A stretch of DNA of 64,000 bases. Source: Nitrospirota bacterium (GTDB lineage: Bacteria > Nitrospirota > UBA9217). The stretch lies in assembly GCA_963840455.1 (NCBI GenBank), contig CAWIYV010000009.1:96001-160000 (forward strand), in the 5' to 3' direction. A program made the translations under genes and the position numbers. Numbering within the stretch: position 1 is the first letter of the stretch; the number at the start of each line of letters is the position of its first letter. Below the pieces are notes generated by a model. The model worked only from the letters and a program-made list of their open reading frames with translations, was not told the origin of the DNA and ran no database searches. Below, one piece after another: positions 18,777 to 28,611 of the stretch.

Positions 18777-19001
18777 TTATTCAGCTTTTCGTTCGCCCCC
18801 TTTCTCTTCTTCACTGTAAAGTATACGGGACTCTCCGGTCTTTGTGTTCACCTCGACGCAGTATTCGACCTATTTCCCGTTCAGGTAGATCTTTGACCGC
18901 ACGTACTTCGTCGTTTCGCATTGGGGACAGAATTCCACGTTTCCGCAGTGCTGAATATCCCGTTGTTCCAGCTTGCTGCCGCATTTCGCGCATGTGTTCA
19001 T
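18777..19001 (-). CDS. Small zinc-ribbon-like protein with an in-frame TAG at 18872-18870
   Basis: GGAG RBS; MNTCAKCG..FCPQCETTKYVRSKIYLNGK*VEYCVEVNTKTGESRILYSEEEKGGERKAE*. Confidence 0.5.
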
Positions 19002-19195
19002 TGTGGTCTCCGTGACTATAATGGGATGCATACGCCGTTTCAGAGCACCCGTCCCGCGATCATCTTTTCCTTTCACCCGCGGGGGAACGGAATCCTTTAC
19101 CAGGCATTTGTACCATAGTGGTCTCGCCGACAGACCTGCCGCTCTTCACGCGTGGGGAAGAAACCCGTTGATCCGGCCCGCTTTCCCGGGATCAC

Positions 19196-19460
19196 GCTAC
19201 ATTCCTATTCCGATTTGTCTCATTTCGCATTGTCCCAGAATAGCCACTCTTCGATCATCACGCCGCCTTTCCAGTGTCCCACGGTACATGGGAATGCTGA
19301 ACTCCATGCCTGTGGGTTGAACGAACTTCCGTCTCCGATCGGCATGGGCTCGTAAAAGTCCCGGTCATGACCCCGATGACCGAGGTGAATTCGCCGGACC
19401 CGAACTTGATCGGATGGACTTTGATGGCAGTATCGGGCGCACGAAAAACAGATTCTACGG
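19196..19460 (-). pseudogene. Frameshifted remnant of an ester cyclase (SnoaL-like) gene
   Basis: Fragments APDTAIKVHPIKFGSGEFTSVIGVMTGTF, PMPIGDG, CTVGHWKGGVMIEEWLFWDN and QIGIG in different frames; N-terminus missing. Confidence 0.7.
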
Positions 19461-19508
19461 TCCGGTTTGCCCCGCACCGTTGAAGTGTAACATAGGCTTG
19501 CCCCGGCA

Positions 19509-19742
19509 TCACCGGTCATGGGACCCGTCGCAATAGGGTGGTCGCCCGGTCTTCCCGCAGCCGCAAAGAGAGACTTCCTCGGATATATTGATCACGAACT
19601 CAAACGGCTTTTTCCCTGTGCCGCCATGGGAACTATCACAGAATGGTTCGATCTCGCTCTTCCCGCAGCTGCACCAGTAATAGGTCCCTTTTTTCAGCCA
19701 CATCGTGTATGGCGCGTTCTTCGGCATGCAGGGAACCTCCAT
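19509..19742 (-). CDS. CDGSH iron-sulfur domain protein (two CDGSH motifs)
   Basis: WCSCGKSEIEPFCDSSH and LCGCGKTGRPPYCDGSH. Confidence 0.92.
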   Translation of the reverse strand: MEVPCMPKNAPYTMWLKKGTYYWCSCGKSEIEPFCDSSHGGTGKKPFEFVINISEEVSLCGCGKTGRPPYCDGSHDR

Positions 19743-19775
19743 GATCTTCAGTATAAGTATAGCTCAGAGGTGATC

Positions 19776-20639
19776 CTACTTCTTTCCCTGTTTGATGAAC
19801 GTGCCGTTCCGGTACTCCTCGAAGGCCGTCTCCAGCTCTTCTTCCGTGTTCATCACGATGGGTCCGTGCCAGGCCACCGGCTCTCCGATGGGCTTTCCGG
19901 AGATGAGCAGGAAGCGCACGGGCTCATCACCGGTGGTGATCTTTACCTGATCGCCATCGGCAAAGAGGCAGATGGTTCCGTTCCCGACGGTCTGGTCCTT
20001 CTGCTGGTCAAAGCGCCCTTTTCCCTCGATGACATAGGCGAACACCGTGTGCCCCCGCTTGGTCGCGTGCACGAACTCGGTGCGCTCAGGTACCGACACG
20101 TCCAGGTATTCCGGATCGATGATGATGCCCTTGACGGGACCTTCATGCTTTCCGACCTTGCCGCAGATGACCTTGACCTTCGCGCCGCTCTCCAGTTTCA
20201 CCACGGGGACCTGCCCGCTCTTGATGTCGCGGTAGCGGGGATCCATCATCTTGTGGGTCCGGGGCAGGTTGGCCCAGAGCTGGAATCCCTCCATCTTTCC
20301 CTCATAGGTACCCCGGGGCATCTCCTGGTGGATAATGCCGCTCCCGGCGGTCATCCACTGCGTGTCGCCCGAGGAGATGACGCCCTTGTTCCCCATGCTG
20401 TCGCCGTGCTCCACGTCACCCTGCAGGACATAGGTGATCGTCTCGATGCCGCGGTGCGGGTGCCAGGGGAAGCCCGCGAGATAATGGTCCGGATTGTCGG
20501 ACCGGAAATCATCCATCATCAGGAAGGGGTCGAAGAGCGGCACTTCGTTGTATCCAAATGCGCGCTTGAGGTGCACGCCGGCGCCTTCCATCGTTGGCTT
20601 GCTCGAGATGAGCTTGCGGATCGTTCTTGTTTCCTTCAT
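19776..20639 (-). CDS. Pirin family protein
   Basis: EGAGV, DPFLMMD, GFPWHPHRGIETITY, QWMTAGSGIIHQE and GPIVMNT. Confidence 0.95.
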   Translation of the reverse strand: MKETRTIRKLISSKPTMEGAGVHLKRAFGYNEVPLFDPFLMMDDFRSDNPDHYLAGFPWHPHRGIETITYVLQGDVEHGDSMGNKGVISSGDTQWMTAGSGIIHQEMPRGTYEGKMEGFQLWANLPRTHKMMDPRYRDIKSGQVPVVKLESGAKVKVICGKVGKHEGPVKGIIIDPEYLDVSVPERTEFVHATKRGHTVFAYVIEGKGRFDQQKDQTVGNGTICLFADGDQVKITTGDEPVRFLLISGKPIGEPVAWHGPIVMNTEEELETAFEEYRNGTFIKQGKK

Positions 20640-20726
20640 GGTAGTCCTCCTTCAGTGTGGCAGGTTGCTGCGATATCTCCCTCGAACTTCTGACCAGTGT
20701 TCCGCGTCTGCGCGTTTTTCCGCTGT

Positions 20727-20758
20727 AAAAAAGAGGGGGCCGCTCCCCAGCGGCCCCC
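20727..20758 (-). terminator. Rho-independent terminator after doxX
   Basis: Minus strand gggggccgct-gg-ggagcggccccc hairpin followed by tctttttt. Confidence 0.7.
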
Positions 20759-20790
20759 GTACTGCTCTACCCACCTGGTCAGAACAACGC

Positions 20791-21240
20791 TTAGCTGACG
20801 TTGTGCTCTACGAACCGGTCAAGGGACCACTTCCCGCCACCCTTGATGATCAACGCAATGGCCATACCGATCACGAGGATATGAAACTCGAAGCCTTCAC
20901 CCTTCTGGTTCCCGAACCAGTTCATAAAGAACCCGTTCTGCCAGTGCAGCATGTACACGGCAACGGCCATGTTCATGCCGATGCCAAAGGCCGCCACGCG
21001 GGTGAAGAGCCCGGTGATCAATCCGAGGGAACCAAGCCCCTCAGCCATGATCGCCAGGAATGCAAAAACGGCCGGGATTCCCATCTTATCGGTGAACATG
21101 CCTAACGTGCCCGTAAAACCAGGCCCTCCGAACCACCCGAAGAGCTTCTGCATGCCATGGGGGAAGAACACCACACCCAGTGCGATCCTGATCACCATGA
21201 TCGCAATATCATTGTCCGTCCGGACCAATTTCTTGAACAT
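20791..21240 (-). CDS. DoxX family membrane protein
   Basis: IRIALGVVFFPHGMQKLFGWFGG, GLFTRVAA and GEGFEFH..GGGKWSLD. Confidence 0.93.
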   Translation of the reverse strand: MFKKLVRTDNDIAIMVIRIALGVVFFPHGMQKLFGWFGGPGFTGTLGMFTDKMGIPAVFAFLAIMAEGLGSLGLITGLFTRVAAFGIGMNMAVAVYMLHWQNGFFMNWFGNQKGEGFEFHILVIGMAIALIIKGGGKWSLDRFVEHNVS

Positions 21241-21284
21241 ATGCGCCTCCTTTCGCTGCGCCGCCGCAGCTTGTTCAGGTATTT

Positions 21285-21503
21285 CTATTTCGCGTGCGTC
21301 CCATCACAGAAGGGCGGGTTCTTGGTTCGCTGACACGCGCACAAAGCGACCTGTTCGGTCTTCTTGATGACGAATTCCACCGGCTCCTTGCCGGTTCCTT
21401 TGTGGGAGCCGTCGCAGAACGGTTCCTTGAGGCTCTTTCCGCAGCTGCACCAGGAGTACGTGCCGGGATGGAGCGTAACGCTGAATGGTATGTTCTTCGG
21501 CAT
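21285..21503 (-). CDS. CDGSH iron-sulfur domain protein, paralog of 19509..19742
   Basis: WCSCGKSLKEPFCDGSH and LCACQRTKNPPFCDGTH; GAGGAGG RBS. Confidence 0.93.
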   Translation of the reverse strand: MPKNIPFSVTLHPGTYSWCSCGKSLKEPFCDGSHKGTGKEPVEFVIKKTEQVALCACQRTKNPPFCDGTHAK

Positions 21504-21558
21504 CAGGCCAACCTCCTCTTATTGATAAGCTTTTTTATGGTATCGGTCCGAAGACCGG

Positions 21559-22020
21559 TCAGCTTCTTGCTTTCCTTTCCTGCAGGCCGACCTTCCTGCA
21601 GAGACGTCCCAACTCGTCCTGCTCCGCTTTGGTCAACACGCTCATCTCTTTGACGATGCGGCGCACGTGGCCGGGGAAGAAAGACGTAATAAGCGCCGAG
21701 CCTTTTGTCGTGATCCGCACGGAATAGTGCCGCCGGTCCTTTTCTTCCCGGACCCGCTCCACGAGGCCTTGTTTTTCCAGGTTGTCCACCACCATCGTGA
21801 TGTTGCCGGTGCTCTTCAGGATCTTGGATGCCAGGTCCTTCTGATAGAGGGGACCCAGGTGGTACAATGCCTCAAGCGCCCCGAACTGGCTTACCGAAAG
21901 ACCTATCTCGCTGAAAGGGGACTCTACCCGGCCTGATACCGACTGGGCCGCCCGCACCAGCTTGATGAAGGCGTTCAGCGCCCTCGTTTCCTCTTTTGTC
22001 CCTTCATATCGTGTTCCCAT
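21559..22020 (-). CDS. MarR family transcriptional regulator
   Basis: GLSVSQFGALEALYHLGPL and GNITMVVDNLEKQGLVER..DRR..ITTKG. Confidence 0.93.
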   Translation of the reverse strand: MGTRYEGTKEETRALNAFIKLVRAAQSVSGRVESPFSEIGLSVSQFGALEALYHLGPLYQKDLASKILKSTGNITMVVDNLEKQGLVERVREEKDRRHYSVRITTKGSALITSFFPGHVRRIVKEMSVLTKAEQDELGRLCRKVGLQERKARS

Positions 22021-22037
22021 GGTAGTTCCATATCATA

Positions 22038-22084
22038 TAGTTTAACGTTAAACTAATAGTACCGCGAGAAGGGCGGATTGTCAA
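22038..22084 (-). promoter_or_regulatory. Sigma70 promoter plus perfect 18-bp palindromic operator upstream of marR
   Basis: TTGACA (22084-22079), 17-nt spacer, TACTAT (22061-22056), immediately followed by TAGTTTAACGTTAAACTA (22038-22055). Confidence 0.85.
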
Positions 22085-22191
22085 GAACAAATAATGAGTG
22101 TGCGTACCCCGGTTGGGGATGAGGTAGAAAAAGATGCCGTTGTCTTTTTTGGGCAGTTCGCTGTAGAGGGGATGGGGAGGGAGGGACCGGC

Positions 22192-22950
22192 CTACAGCTT
22201 CCCGAATGACCAGTACCAGGCAAGGCTCAGGTACTCGGCCAGGGCGGTCGACGACGTATCGAGAGCGCCGGTGCGGGGCAGGAGAGCGGTGATCGAGAAG
22301 GGCCGCGACGCAGATTTATATGCCGCAGGGGCGGGAATGACAGAGAAACCCTGTTTCCTGAACATGCCTGCGGCCCGCTTCAGGTGAAAGGCCGAGGTGA
22401 CAAGGATGATGGTCCTGCCGGAGACCAGGCCCTTGACCTGTTCCGCATTCTCCCACGTGTTCCGTGATCGGTTCTCGATGACGAGGTCCCCACGCGGGTA
22501 CCCGAGCTTGACCGCAAGAGCGGCCATGGCATCCGCCTCCCGGGCCTCCGTGGGGGCGAGTGCGCCGCTTCCGCCGGACACGACGAGGGGGATGCGGAGG
22601 TTCCGGGCAATGCGGATGCCTTCGATGAGGCGTTGCAGCGATGAGGGCGAGGGCTCTGGCCTGGCAGGCAGCCAGGAAAGGTCCGTGACCCCGCTGCCCA
22701 GGACAACGACCGCATCTGCCTTGATGTCCGCGATGTTGAGAGGCAGGTACGCGGCCTCAAGGGGCCTGATCAGCCTGTCTGATACCGGTTCAAGGCTCAG
22801 AATGTAGAGAAGAGCGATGCCTGCTGCCACAAGTGTCCTGCCGGCGCTCGGGTGCCGGCGGAGGAGGATCAGGCCGGCGAGGATGAGGACAAGAAGGCTG
22901 GCCGGCGGCAGAAGGAGCAACAGAAGGACCTTGGATATGATGAAACCCAT
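22192..22950 (-). CDS. YdcF/DUF218 family protein
   Basis: DAVVVLGSG, VVSGGSG, IENRSRNTWENA and LVTSAFHLKRA. Confidence 0.9.
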   Translation of the reverse strand: MGFIISKVLLLLLLPPASLLVLILAGLILLRRHPSAGRTLVAAGIALLYILSLEPVSDRLIRPLEAAYLPLNIADIKADAVVVLGSGVTDLSWLPARPEPSPSSLQRLIEGIRIARNLRIPLVVSGGSGALAPTEAREADAMAALAVKLGYPRGDLVIENRSRNTWENAEQVKGLVSGRTIILVTSAFHLKRAAGMFRKQGFSVIPAPAAYKSASRPFSITALLPRTGALDTSSTALAEYLSLAWYWSFGKL

Positions 22951-23082
22951 AATGAAATCGCTCCCAAGCCGGACAGGACGGGACCGGCAGGATCGGACCA
23001 CGAATCTCGCGGCCGCAGGCTATCGATGATGCGCATGGCGGAACACCCGGGAAACGGCAAGCAAGGGATCTCTCCGGCCCCG

Positions 23083-24618
23083 TTAGTGGGCAGCTGGTGG
23101 TCCTTCCGCCGTGGCGGAAGCGCGCTTCATCAACAGCACCAGCGGCAGCATGCACAGCATGAGCAGGCAGATCGAGAGAAAGGCGTCGGCGAAGGCAAGG
23201 GTCGTGGACTGCCGCACCAGCTCCCGGTACATCATGCCGTCGGCGCCTGCAGGGGGCAGGCCTTTCCCTGTCAGGAACGACGAGATCCGGTCATGGGAGA
23301 TGACATAGGCTGGATCGAACGGGGAAAGGTGCTCCACGAGCCGGGTCTGGTGGAACTGCGCGCGGCGCGACAGCATGGTGGTAGTGAAGGCGATGCCCAC
23401 GCTTCCGCCCAGGTTCCTGAGGAGGTTGTACAGCGAGCTCGCCTCGGTCATATGCTCCCGCGGGATGTGGGAGAGCGTCAGGGTGGTGAGGGGGATGAAG
23501 GTCATGCCCATGCCGAAACCGAGGGCGACGCGCGGCCAGACAAAGGTCCAGAAGTCTGTGGTGAGATTGAACCGGGACATCATGTAGGTGCTGAGGGAGC
23601 AGATCGATATCCCGACGGCGAGCAGCTGCTTGGGGTTCACCTTGCTGACGAGCTTGCCGGCGATCGGCATGGCGAACATGGTCGCGATGCCGCCCGGGCC
23701 GAGCACAAGGCCCGCGTAGAACGAGGTGTAGCCCATCATCATCTGGAGATAGACCGGCAGCAGCACGATGCTGCCAAAGAGGTTCAGGAACACGAAGAAC
23801 ATGACCGTGGCGCCGCTCGTGAAGGTGCGGTCCTTCAGTAATTTCAGATTGACGATGGGCTGCTCGGAATAATACTCGTTGATCACGAGCAGGGTGAGTG
23901 CCACTATCGAAACGATGGAAAAGCCGATGATGAGGTCCGACGAGAACCAGTCGTCGCTTTCCCCCTTGTCCAGGACGAACTGGAGCGATCCCAGGCCGAT
24001 CGCCAGAAAGAGCAGGCCCCAGTAGTCGACCTTCATCTTCTGGCGCTGCATATAGGGTGGGTCCTCGATCACCAGAACGTTCATGACGATCGACAGGATG
24101 CCGATGGGGATGTTGATGTAGAAGATCCAGCGCCAGGAGAAGGTGTCGGTGATCCAGCCGCCCAGGAGCGGGCCAACGATGGGGCCCAGCATGGCGCCCA
24201 GGCCGAAAATGGCCATGGCCTGGCCGTGCTTCTCCCGCGGGAAGGACTCGAGCAGGATCGACTGGCTGATGGGAACGAGGCCGCCTCCCCCGATGCCCTG
24301 GAGGATGCGGAAGAACACCAGACTGTTCAGGCTCCAGGCGGAGCCGCACATGAAGGAGCTGAAGGTGAAGAGGGCGATGGAGGCGATCTGGTAGTTCTTC
24401 CGGCCGATGAGCTTGGCGAGCCACCCCGACATGGGGATGACGATGGCGTTCGAGACAAGGTAGGCGGTGATGGTCCACGTGGCCTCATCGTAGCCCGCGG
24501 AGAGCGACCCCCGGATGTGGTCGAGCGATACGTTGACGATCGAGGTGTCGATGATCTCGATCAGCGTCGGCAGCATCACCGTGAAGGCGATGAGGCCGCG
24601 GCTCGGTCCTGGTTTCAT
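23083..24618 (-). CDS. emrB: DHA2 (EmrB/QacA) MFS efflux permease
   Basis: IDTSIVNVSL, WTITAYL, FRILQGIGGG and WRWIFYINIPIG. Confidence 0.93.
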   Translation of the reverse strand: MKPGPSRGLIAFTVMLPTLIEIIDTSIVNVSLDHIRGSLSAGYDEATWTITAYLVSNAIVIPMSGWLAKLIGRKNYQIASIALFTFSSFMCGSAWSLNSLVFFRILQGIGGGGLVPISQSILLESFPREKHGQAMAIFGLGAMLGPIVGPLLGGWITDTFSWRWIFYINIPIGILSIVMNVLVIEDPPYMQRQKMKVDYWGLLFLAIGLGSLQFVLDKGESDDWFSSDLIIGFSIVSIVALTLLVINEYYSEQPIVNLKLLKDRTFTSGATVMFFVFLNLFGSIVLLPVYLQMMMGYTSFYAGLVLGPGGIATMFAMPIAGKLVSKVNPKQLLAVGISICSLSTYMMSRFNLTTDFWTFVWPRVALGFGMGMTFIPLTTLTLSHIPREHMTEASSLYNLLRNLGGSVGIAFTTTMLSRRAQFHQTRLVEHLSPFDPAYVISHDRISSFLTGKGLPPAGADGMMYRELVRQSTTLAFADAFLSICLLMLCMLPLVLLMKRASATAEGPPAAH

Positions 24619-24756
24619 TGCAGTTCTTTCATATCATACAAGGATAGTTTTAACGCAGAAAAAGTATGATTGGATTATGAGGAACGCTGTTAAAGACCTG
24701 CTATAGGGAATCATGGGCAAATCAGCGTAACTCAGCGTTGAATTCTCTTTCCAAGA

Positions 24757-25644
24757 TTATTTTACGAGCACCGTCGGAATGACGGACATCCCGACGCGCA
24801 GGACATGGTCCTTGTCCTCGCCCGGCGCAAGCACGATCTTGACCGGGATGCGCTGGACAACCTTCACATAGTTGCCCGTGGCGTTCTCGGCCGGGAAGAG
24901 GGAGAAGCTCACGCCGGTCCCTGCCATGATGCTGTCCACCTGGCCCTTGAAGGTCACGCCGGGGTAGGCATCCACCGTGATCCTCACATCCATGCCCGGC
25001 CGGATGCCTTCCAGCTCGGTCTCCTTGTAATTGGCCACGATGTAGAGGTTGTTCAGCTCCACGACCGCCATCAGGGGCTGACTGTCCTTCACCTGGTTGC
25101 CCGTCTGGACGGACTTCTTCGTGATGTAGCCGTCCGACGGCGCAATGATCCGGGTATAGCCCAGGTTGAGCTCTGCCTGCCGGAGCTGCTCCTCGGCAAG
25201 TTTTACCTGTGCCCGGGCGATCTCAGCGGTCGAGACCGTCTTGTCATACCGCTCCGCCGAGCTCACATCCTGCTCATACAGGGCCTTGGCGCGCTTCAAT
25301 TCGCTCTCGGCGAGGCGCAGGTTGGCCTTCTGGAGCTCCAGGGTCGCCCGGGCGGCCTCTGCCTTCGACCGGTAATCCGCCGGGTCCAGCTCGACCAGGA
25401 CATCGCCTTGTTTGACCCGCTGGTTGTCCACGACCGCCACGGTCCTGACGTTGCCGCTGACGCGAGCCGCGATGGTGTGGATGTTCCCATCGACGAAGGC
25501 GTCATCGGTCGAGACATGGGTCTTGCGATAACTGTTGTAGAAGTAACCGGCCGTCAGGCCGACCGCCACCACGGCGGCAACGATCATGAAGGCCGTCTTT
25601 TTCTTTTGTCCGCTGTTCTGCGGCTGTGGTTGCTGCTCTGCCAT
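24757..25644 (-). CDS. emrA: HlyD/EmrA membrane fusion protein
   Basis: STDDAFVDG, ANYKETEL and FSLFPAENATGNYVKVVQRIPVKI. Confidence 0.93.
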   Translation of the reverse strand: MAEQQPQPQNSGQKKKTAFMIVAAVVAVGLTAGYFYNSYRKTHVSTDDAFVDGNIHTIAARVSGNVRTVAVVDNQRVKQGDVLVELDPADYRSKAEAARATLELQKANLRLAESELKRAKALYEQDVSSAERYDKTVSTAEIARAQVKLAEEQLRQAELNLGYTRIIAPSDGYITKKSVQTGNQVKDSQPLMAVVELNNLYIVANYKETELEGIRPGMDVRITVDAYPGVTFKGQVDSIMAGTGVSFSLFPAENATGNYVKVVQRIPVKIVLAPGEDKDHVLRVGMSVIPTVLVK

Positions 25645-25747
25645 GCTGAAAGCTCCTTGATCGTAATAACAGCACTTGACACTGATCAGATCGGATAAGC
25701 ACCGGATAACGGCGGATGTGCTTCAACGCCATTTCCCGGGCAATCGG

Positions 25748-27059
25748 TCATTTACCGATGTATGCGCCGGCCAGGTCCCTGCCCATGGTGTACAGGAGCG
25801 CGGCCTCGGCGCGCCGGACGCCGAAGTTGGCCTTCCAGGCGTTGGTCTCGGCCGTGGTCATGAGCGTCACCGCATCCAAGACGTCGGTAGAGGTGCCGAC
25901 GCCCTCCTTGTAGCGGAGCCGCTGGAGCCGGAGGTTCTCTTCTGCCTGGGCCACGGCCGCCGTGGCGACCTCGACCTTCTGGGTCGAGCTCTGGAGGTCG
26001 AGCCAGGCGGCCTGCGCGTCGAGGCGGACCGCGTCAAGGAGCTTCTCCCGGCTGATCCGCAGGGACAGGAGCTCACCCTTCGTCATGCTGACCCTCGATG
26101 ATGTCACCCCGCCCGAGGAAAGGTTGATATTTATTCCGGCGATGAAGGCCCAGTTGTCCTGATGGACCATGTACTGGTTCTCGTTGTATTCGTAGCCGCC
26201 CGAGACATAGACGGAGGGCAGGTATTCCGCGCGCACGGCGCTGACGCTTTCCTCCTTTGCCCTCACCCGGGCGTCGAGGTCTCTGAGGTCGGGATTCGCC
26301 TGCTCGGCCTCGGCCCAGGCCTGCTCCAGGGATACTGCCCCGACAGGCGTCCCGACGATCTCCGCCGGCCTCACCGGATCGTTCAGCGGCCGCATCAGCG
26401 TGCTGTTGAGCTTCGACACCCGGAGCGATCGGTTGTTCTCGGCGGTCAGCAGGCGCTGCTTCGAGTCGGCGAGCATGACATCCGTCTGGAGCACCTCGTT
26501 CCGGGTGAGCCACGCCCGCCTTGAGCCGCGCCTCCGCGTCCTTGCGATGGGCCTCATAGCGGGTGACCTCCTCCTGGGCGACCTTCAGCAGTTCCTCGGC
26601 CTCGAGGAGGTCGAAGTAGGCGGAAATGAACTCGAGGGCGGCCCGGTTCCGGGTGCGGAAGGTCCCGGCCTCGCGGGACTTCAGGCCGTACTGTGCGGAG
26701 CTGACGGACGACGAGGTCTTGCCGAAGTCATACAGCAGCTGGGTGGCCTGAAAGCCGTAGGTCATGAACTGGTCCTGGGACGTGGGGACCCTATTGGGGC
26801 CGAATATGGCATAGGGCTGGTAGCGAAGCCAGGTCTCCCTGCCGTAGAGGTCGAGCTTGGGCAACCAGGGCGAACGCGCCAGGGACACGGCGCCCCTGGC
26901 CACCTCCTCGTCGGAGCGCGCGATGGTCACGTCCCGACCGTTCTCGGTGACGATCTTGAGCCCTTCCTGGAGCGTCAGGGCATGGCCGAAGACAGGGAAC
27001 AGGAACAGAGCCATGGCAGTGAACAGAGCGAATCCAGTAGAGGATGCAGCACGGCGCAT
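25748..27059 (-). CDS. TolC family outer-membrane efflux protein, frameshifted near 26510
   Basis: Two ORFs join at RLKAGV[+1 nt]LTRNEVLQTDV; TolC repeat AEENLRLQRLRYKEGVGTSTDVLDA; upstream of emrAB. Confidence 0.85.
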
Positions 27060-27349
27060 GTATGCTTCTCCATCTGTTTTTTAAAGGGAAGTGCGGGAAG
27101 GTCCGGTCCTCCGCGCTGGGAGGGGCTCGACCCGATAAACTTAAGTATAATACAAACCGTGAGGAAAGTGAAGCAGGGAAACGCGAAAGGGGAACACCGG
27201 AGAGAAGGGGAAGATCATAACACGGAGACGTAAAGAGAGGAAAACGCGGGGGGCAGATAAAGCACAACCGAGGCGGGGACAGGGGAAAGACAGCGTAGCC
27301 GATCACACCAGTACCATCGATAGAAGATAAACGGTCATTAAAAGGAAGG

Positions 27350-27396
27350 GAAGCTCCCTGCAGCAAGCTGCGGGAATGCGCTCGCTCCTGGATCCA
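27350..27396 (-). mobile_element. Miniature element copy 2 (internally deleted)
   Basis: Reverse complement tccaggagcgagcgcattcccgcagcttgctgcagggagcttc; the two hairpins are collapsed into one. Confidence 0.7.
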
Positions 27397-27623
27397 TACA
27401 AAAGCAGGAATATGTCTCGCCAAGTCGCAAAGACTTCGGTAAGTTCAGTCGAGTCGCACAGTCGAATGTGTGCAAAGAAAACCGGATAGTGAGGTTTAGA
27501 TCTTTGCGTCCTCTGCAAGCTGGTTTGCGAGAGACGGCATGTGGTGGAGGTCTATTCCGAACCTGTCGGGGTCAGGAAACGAGGCGTGGTCTATGACGTG
27601 GGATATAACGAGGGCCGGGAAGA

Positions 27624-28112
27624 TCAGGAACTTGCTGCCACCGGGCTCAAGTAGCGAACGGCCTGCTCCTCGACATGTTTCCGATGGTCCTTCATTCTGC
27701 TCTGAAGGCCCTTTAGGAGGATGGCTGTTTCTTTGTCGCTGCTCTGGAAGTGATCAAAGATCCTTTGGACGAGAAGAGAGTTTTCTATATTGAGCGCCAG
27801 GGAGAAAGCGGCCTCGAGGGTGGGGGCTTTGTCCTTCACTTTGGCGAGATTGCCCTCAAGATATTTTACGTAGGATTCGACGGTGTAGCTCCTGAGCTTC
27901 TTTTCATGGAAGATCACTGAGTCGGTCTGTGTCTTTTTGTACAGATATTCGACCCACTCGGCATGTTCTAGTTCTTCCCGGCACAGGTCGGTCCAGAACT
28001 CGCGGGTCTTCGGGAACAGGCTTGCGAAGAAACGGTACATTTCAGCGATCAGCAGTTCCTGACGGTTGAACAGGAGGATCATTTTTCCCTGGTATGTTTT
28101 GAGCTGGGCCAA
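27624..28112 (-). CDS. Ferritin/rubrerythrin-like hypothetical protein
   Basis: TTG start with AAGGA RBS; E..AEMY..F, EELEH and ALNIENS helical-bundle pattern. Confidence 0.65.
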   Translation of the reverse strand: MAQLKTYQGKMILLFNRQELLIAEMYRFFASLFPKTREFWTDLCREELEHAEWVEYLYKKTQTDSVIFHEKKLRSYTVESYVKYLEGNLAKVKDKAPTLEAAFSLALNIENSLLVQRIFDHFQSSDKETAILLKGLQSRMKDHRKHVEEQAVRYLSPVAASS

Positions 28113-28139
28113 GAAAGATGTCCTTTCGTGATCTTTGCC

Positions 28140-28180
28140 ATAATATAACCAATATAAATACTATTGTCAATAATTATTAG
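28140..28180 (-). promoter_or_regulatory. Sigma70-like promoter with AT-rich palindrome
   Basis: Minus strand TTGACA (28170-28165), 17-nt spacer, TATATT; AATAATTATT palindrome abuts the -35. Confidence 0.5.
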
Positions 28181-28288
28181 ATAATATAAATCAAATAGTT
28201 GCCATGTTTTATCTTCGTACATCCGTGAAGTTGAGCGTCCAACCGCCGTCTTTCATGATGATAGGTCCTGTATGTCTGAGAAAAGAAC

Positions 28289-28611
28289 TTGCTATTTTTC
28301 GGTGAACCTGTATAATGCCCGGGACTGAAAAATAACGGGGCAGGAATACCCAAGACGTTTCCCGGTTCGCACGCTTCCTGATAGTCCCCATTCATCGATC
28401 ACTGACCCCCTTCTTCCTTTCCGTTTTCTCCCAAACTGAAACTGGTTGGCACGTATGGTTGGCGAACGATGTTGTTATGCCGGTCATAACAGTGCTGTCG
28501 CCGTCCTCGCTACCCAGGGCCACGGTGTGACCCTGCGGCGCGCACGCTAACACCCAGCCGGTTCTGACGCGGACCTTTACGGTCCCGTGCCCAGACCATA
28601 TAAGGAGCACC
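28289..28611 (+). promoter_or_regulatory. Promoter and long structured 5' leader of the DEAD-box helicase
   Basis: TTGCTA-16 nt-TATAAT (28289-28316), then about 290 nt with several stems before the AAGGAG RBS. Confidence 0.5.

Noticed and set aside
25748-27059. Programmed frameshift or phase variation in tolC (and ubiA at 46052)
   Set aside because: No slippery heptamer or long homopolymer at the sites; they fit the window-wide insertion pattern.
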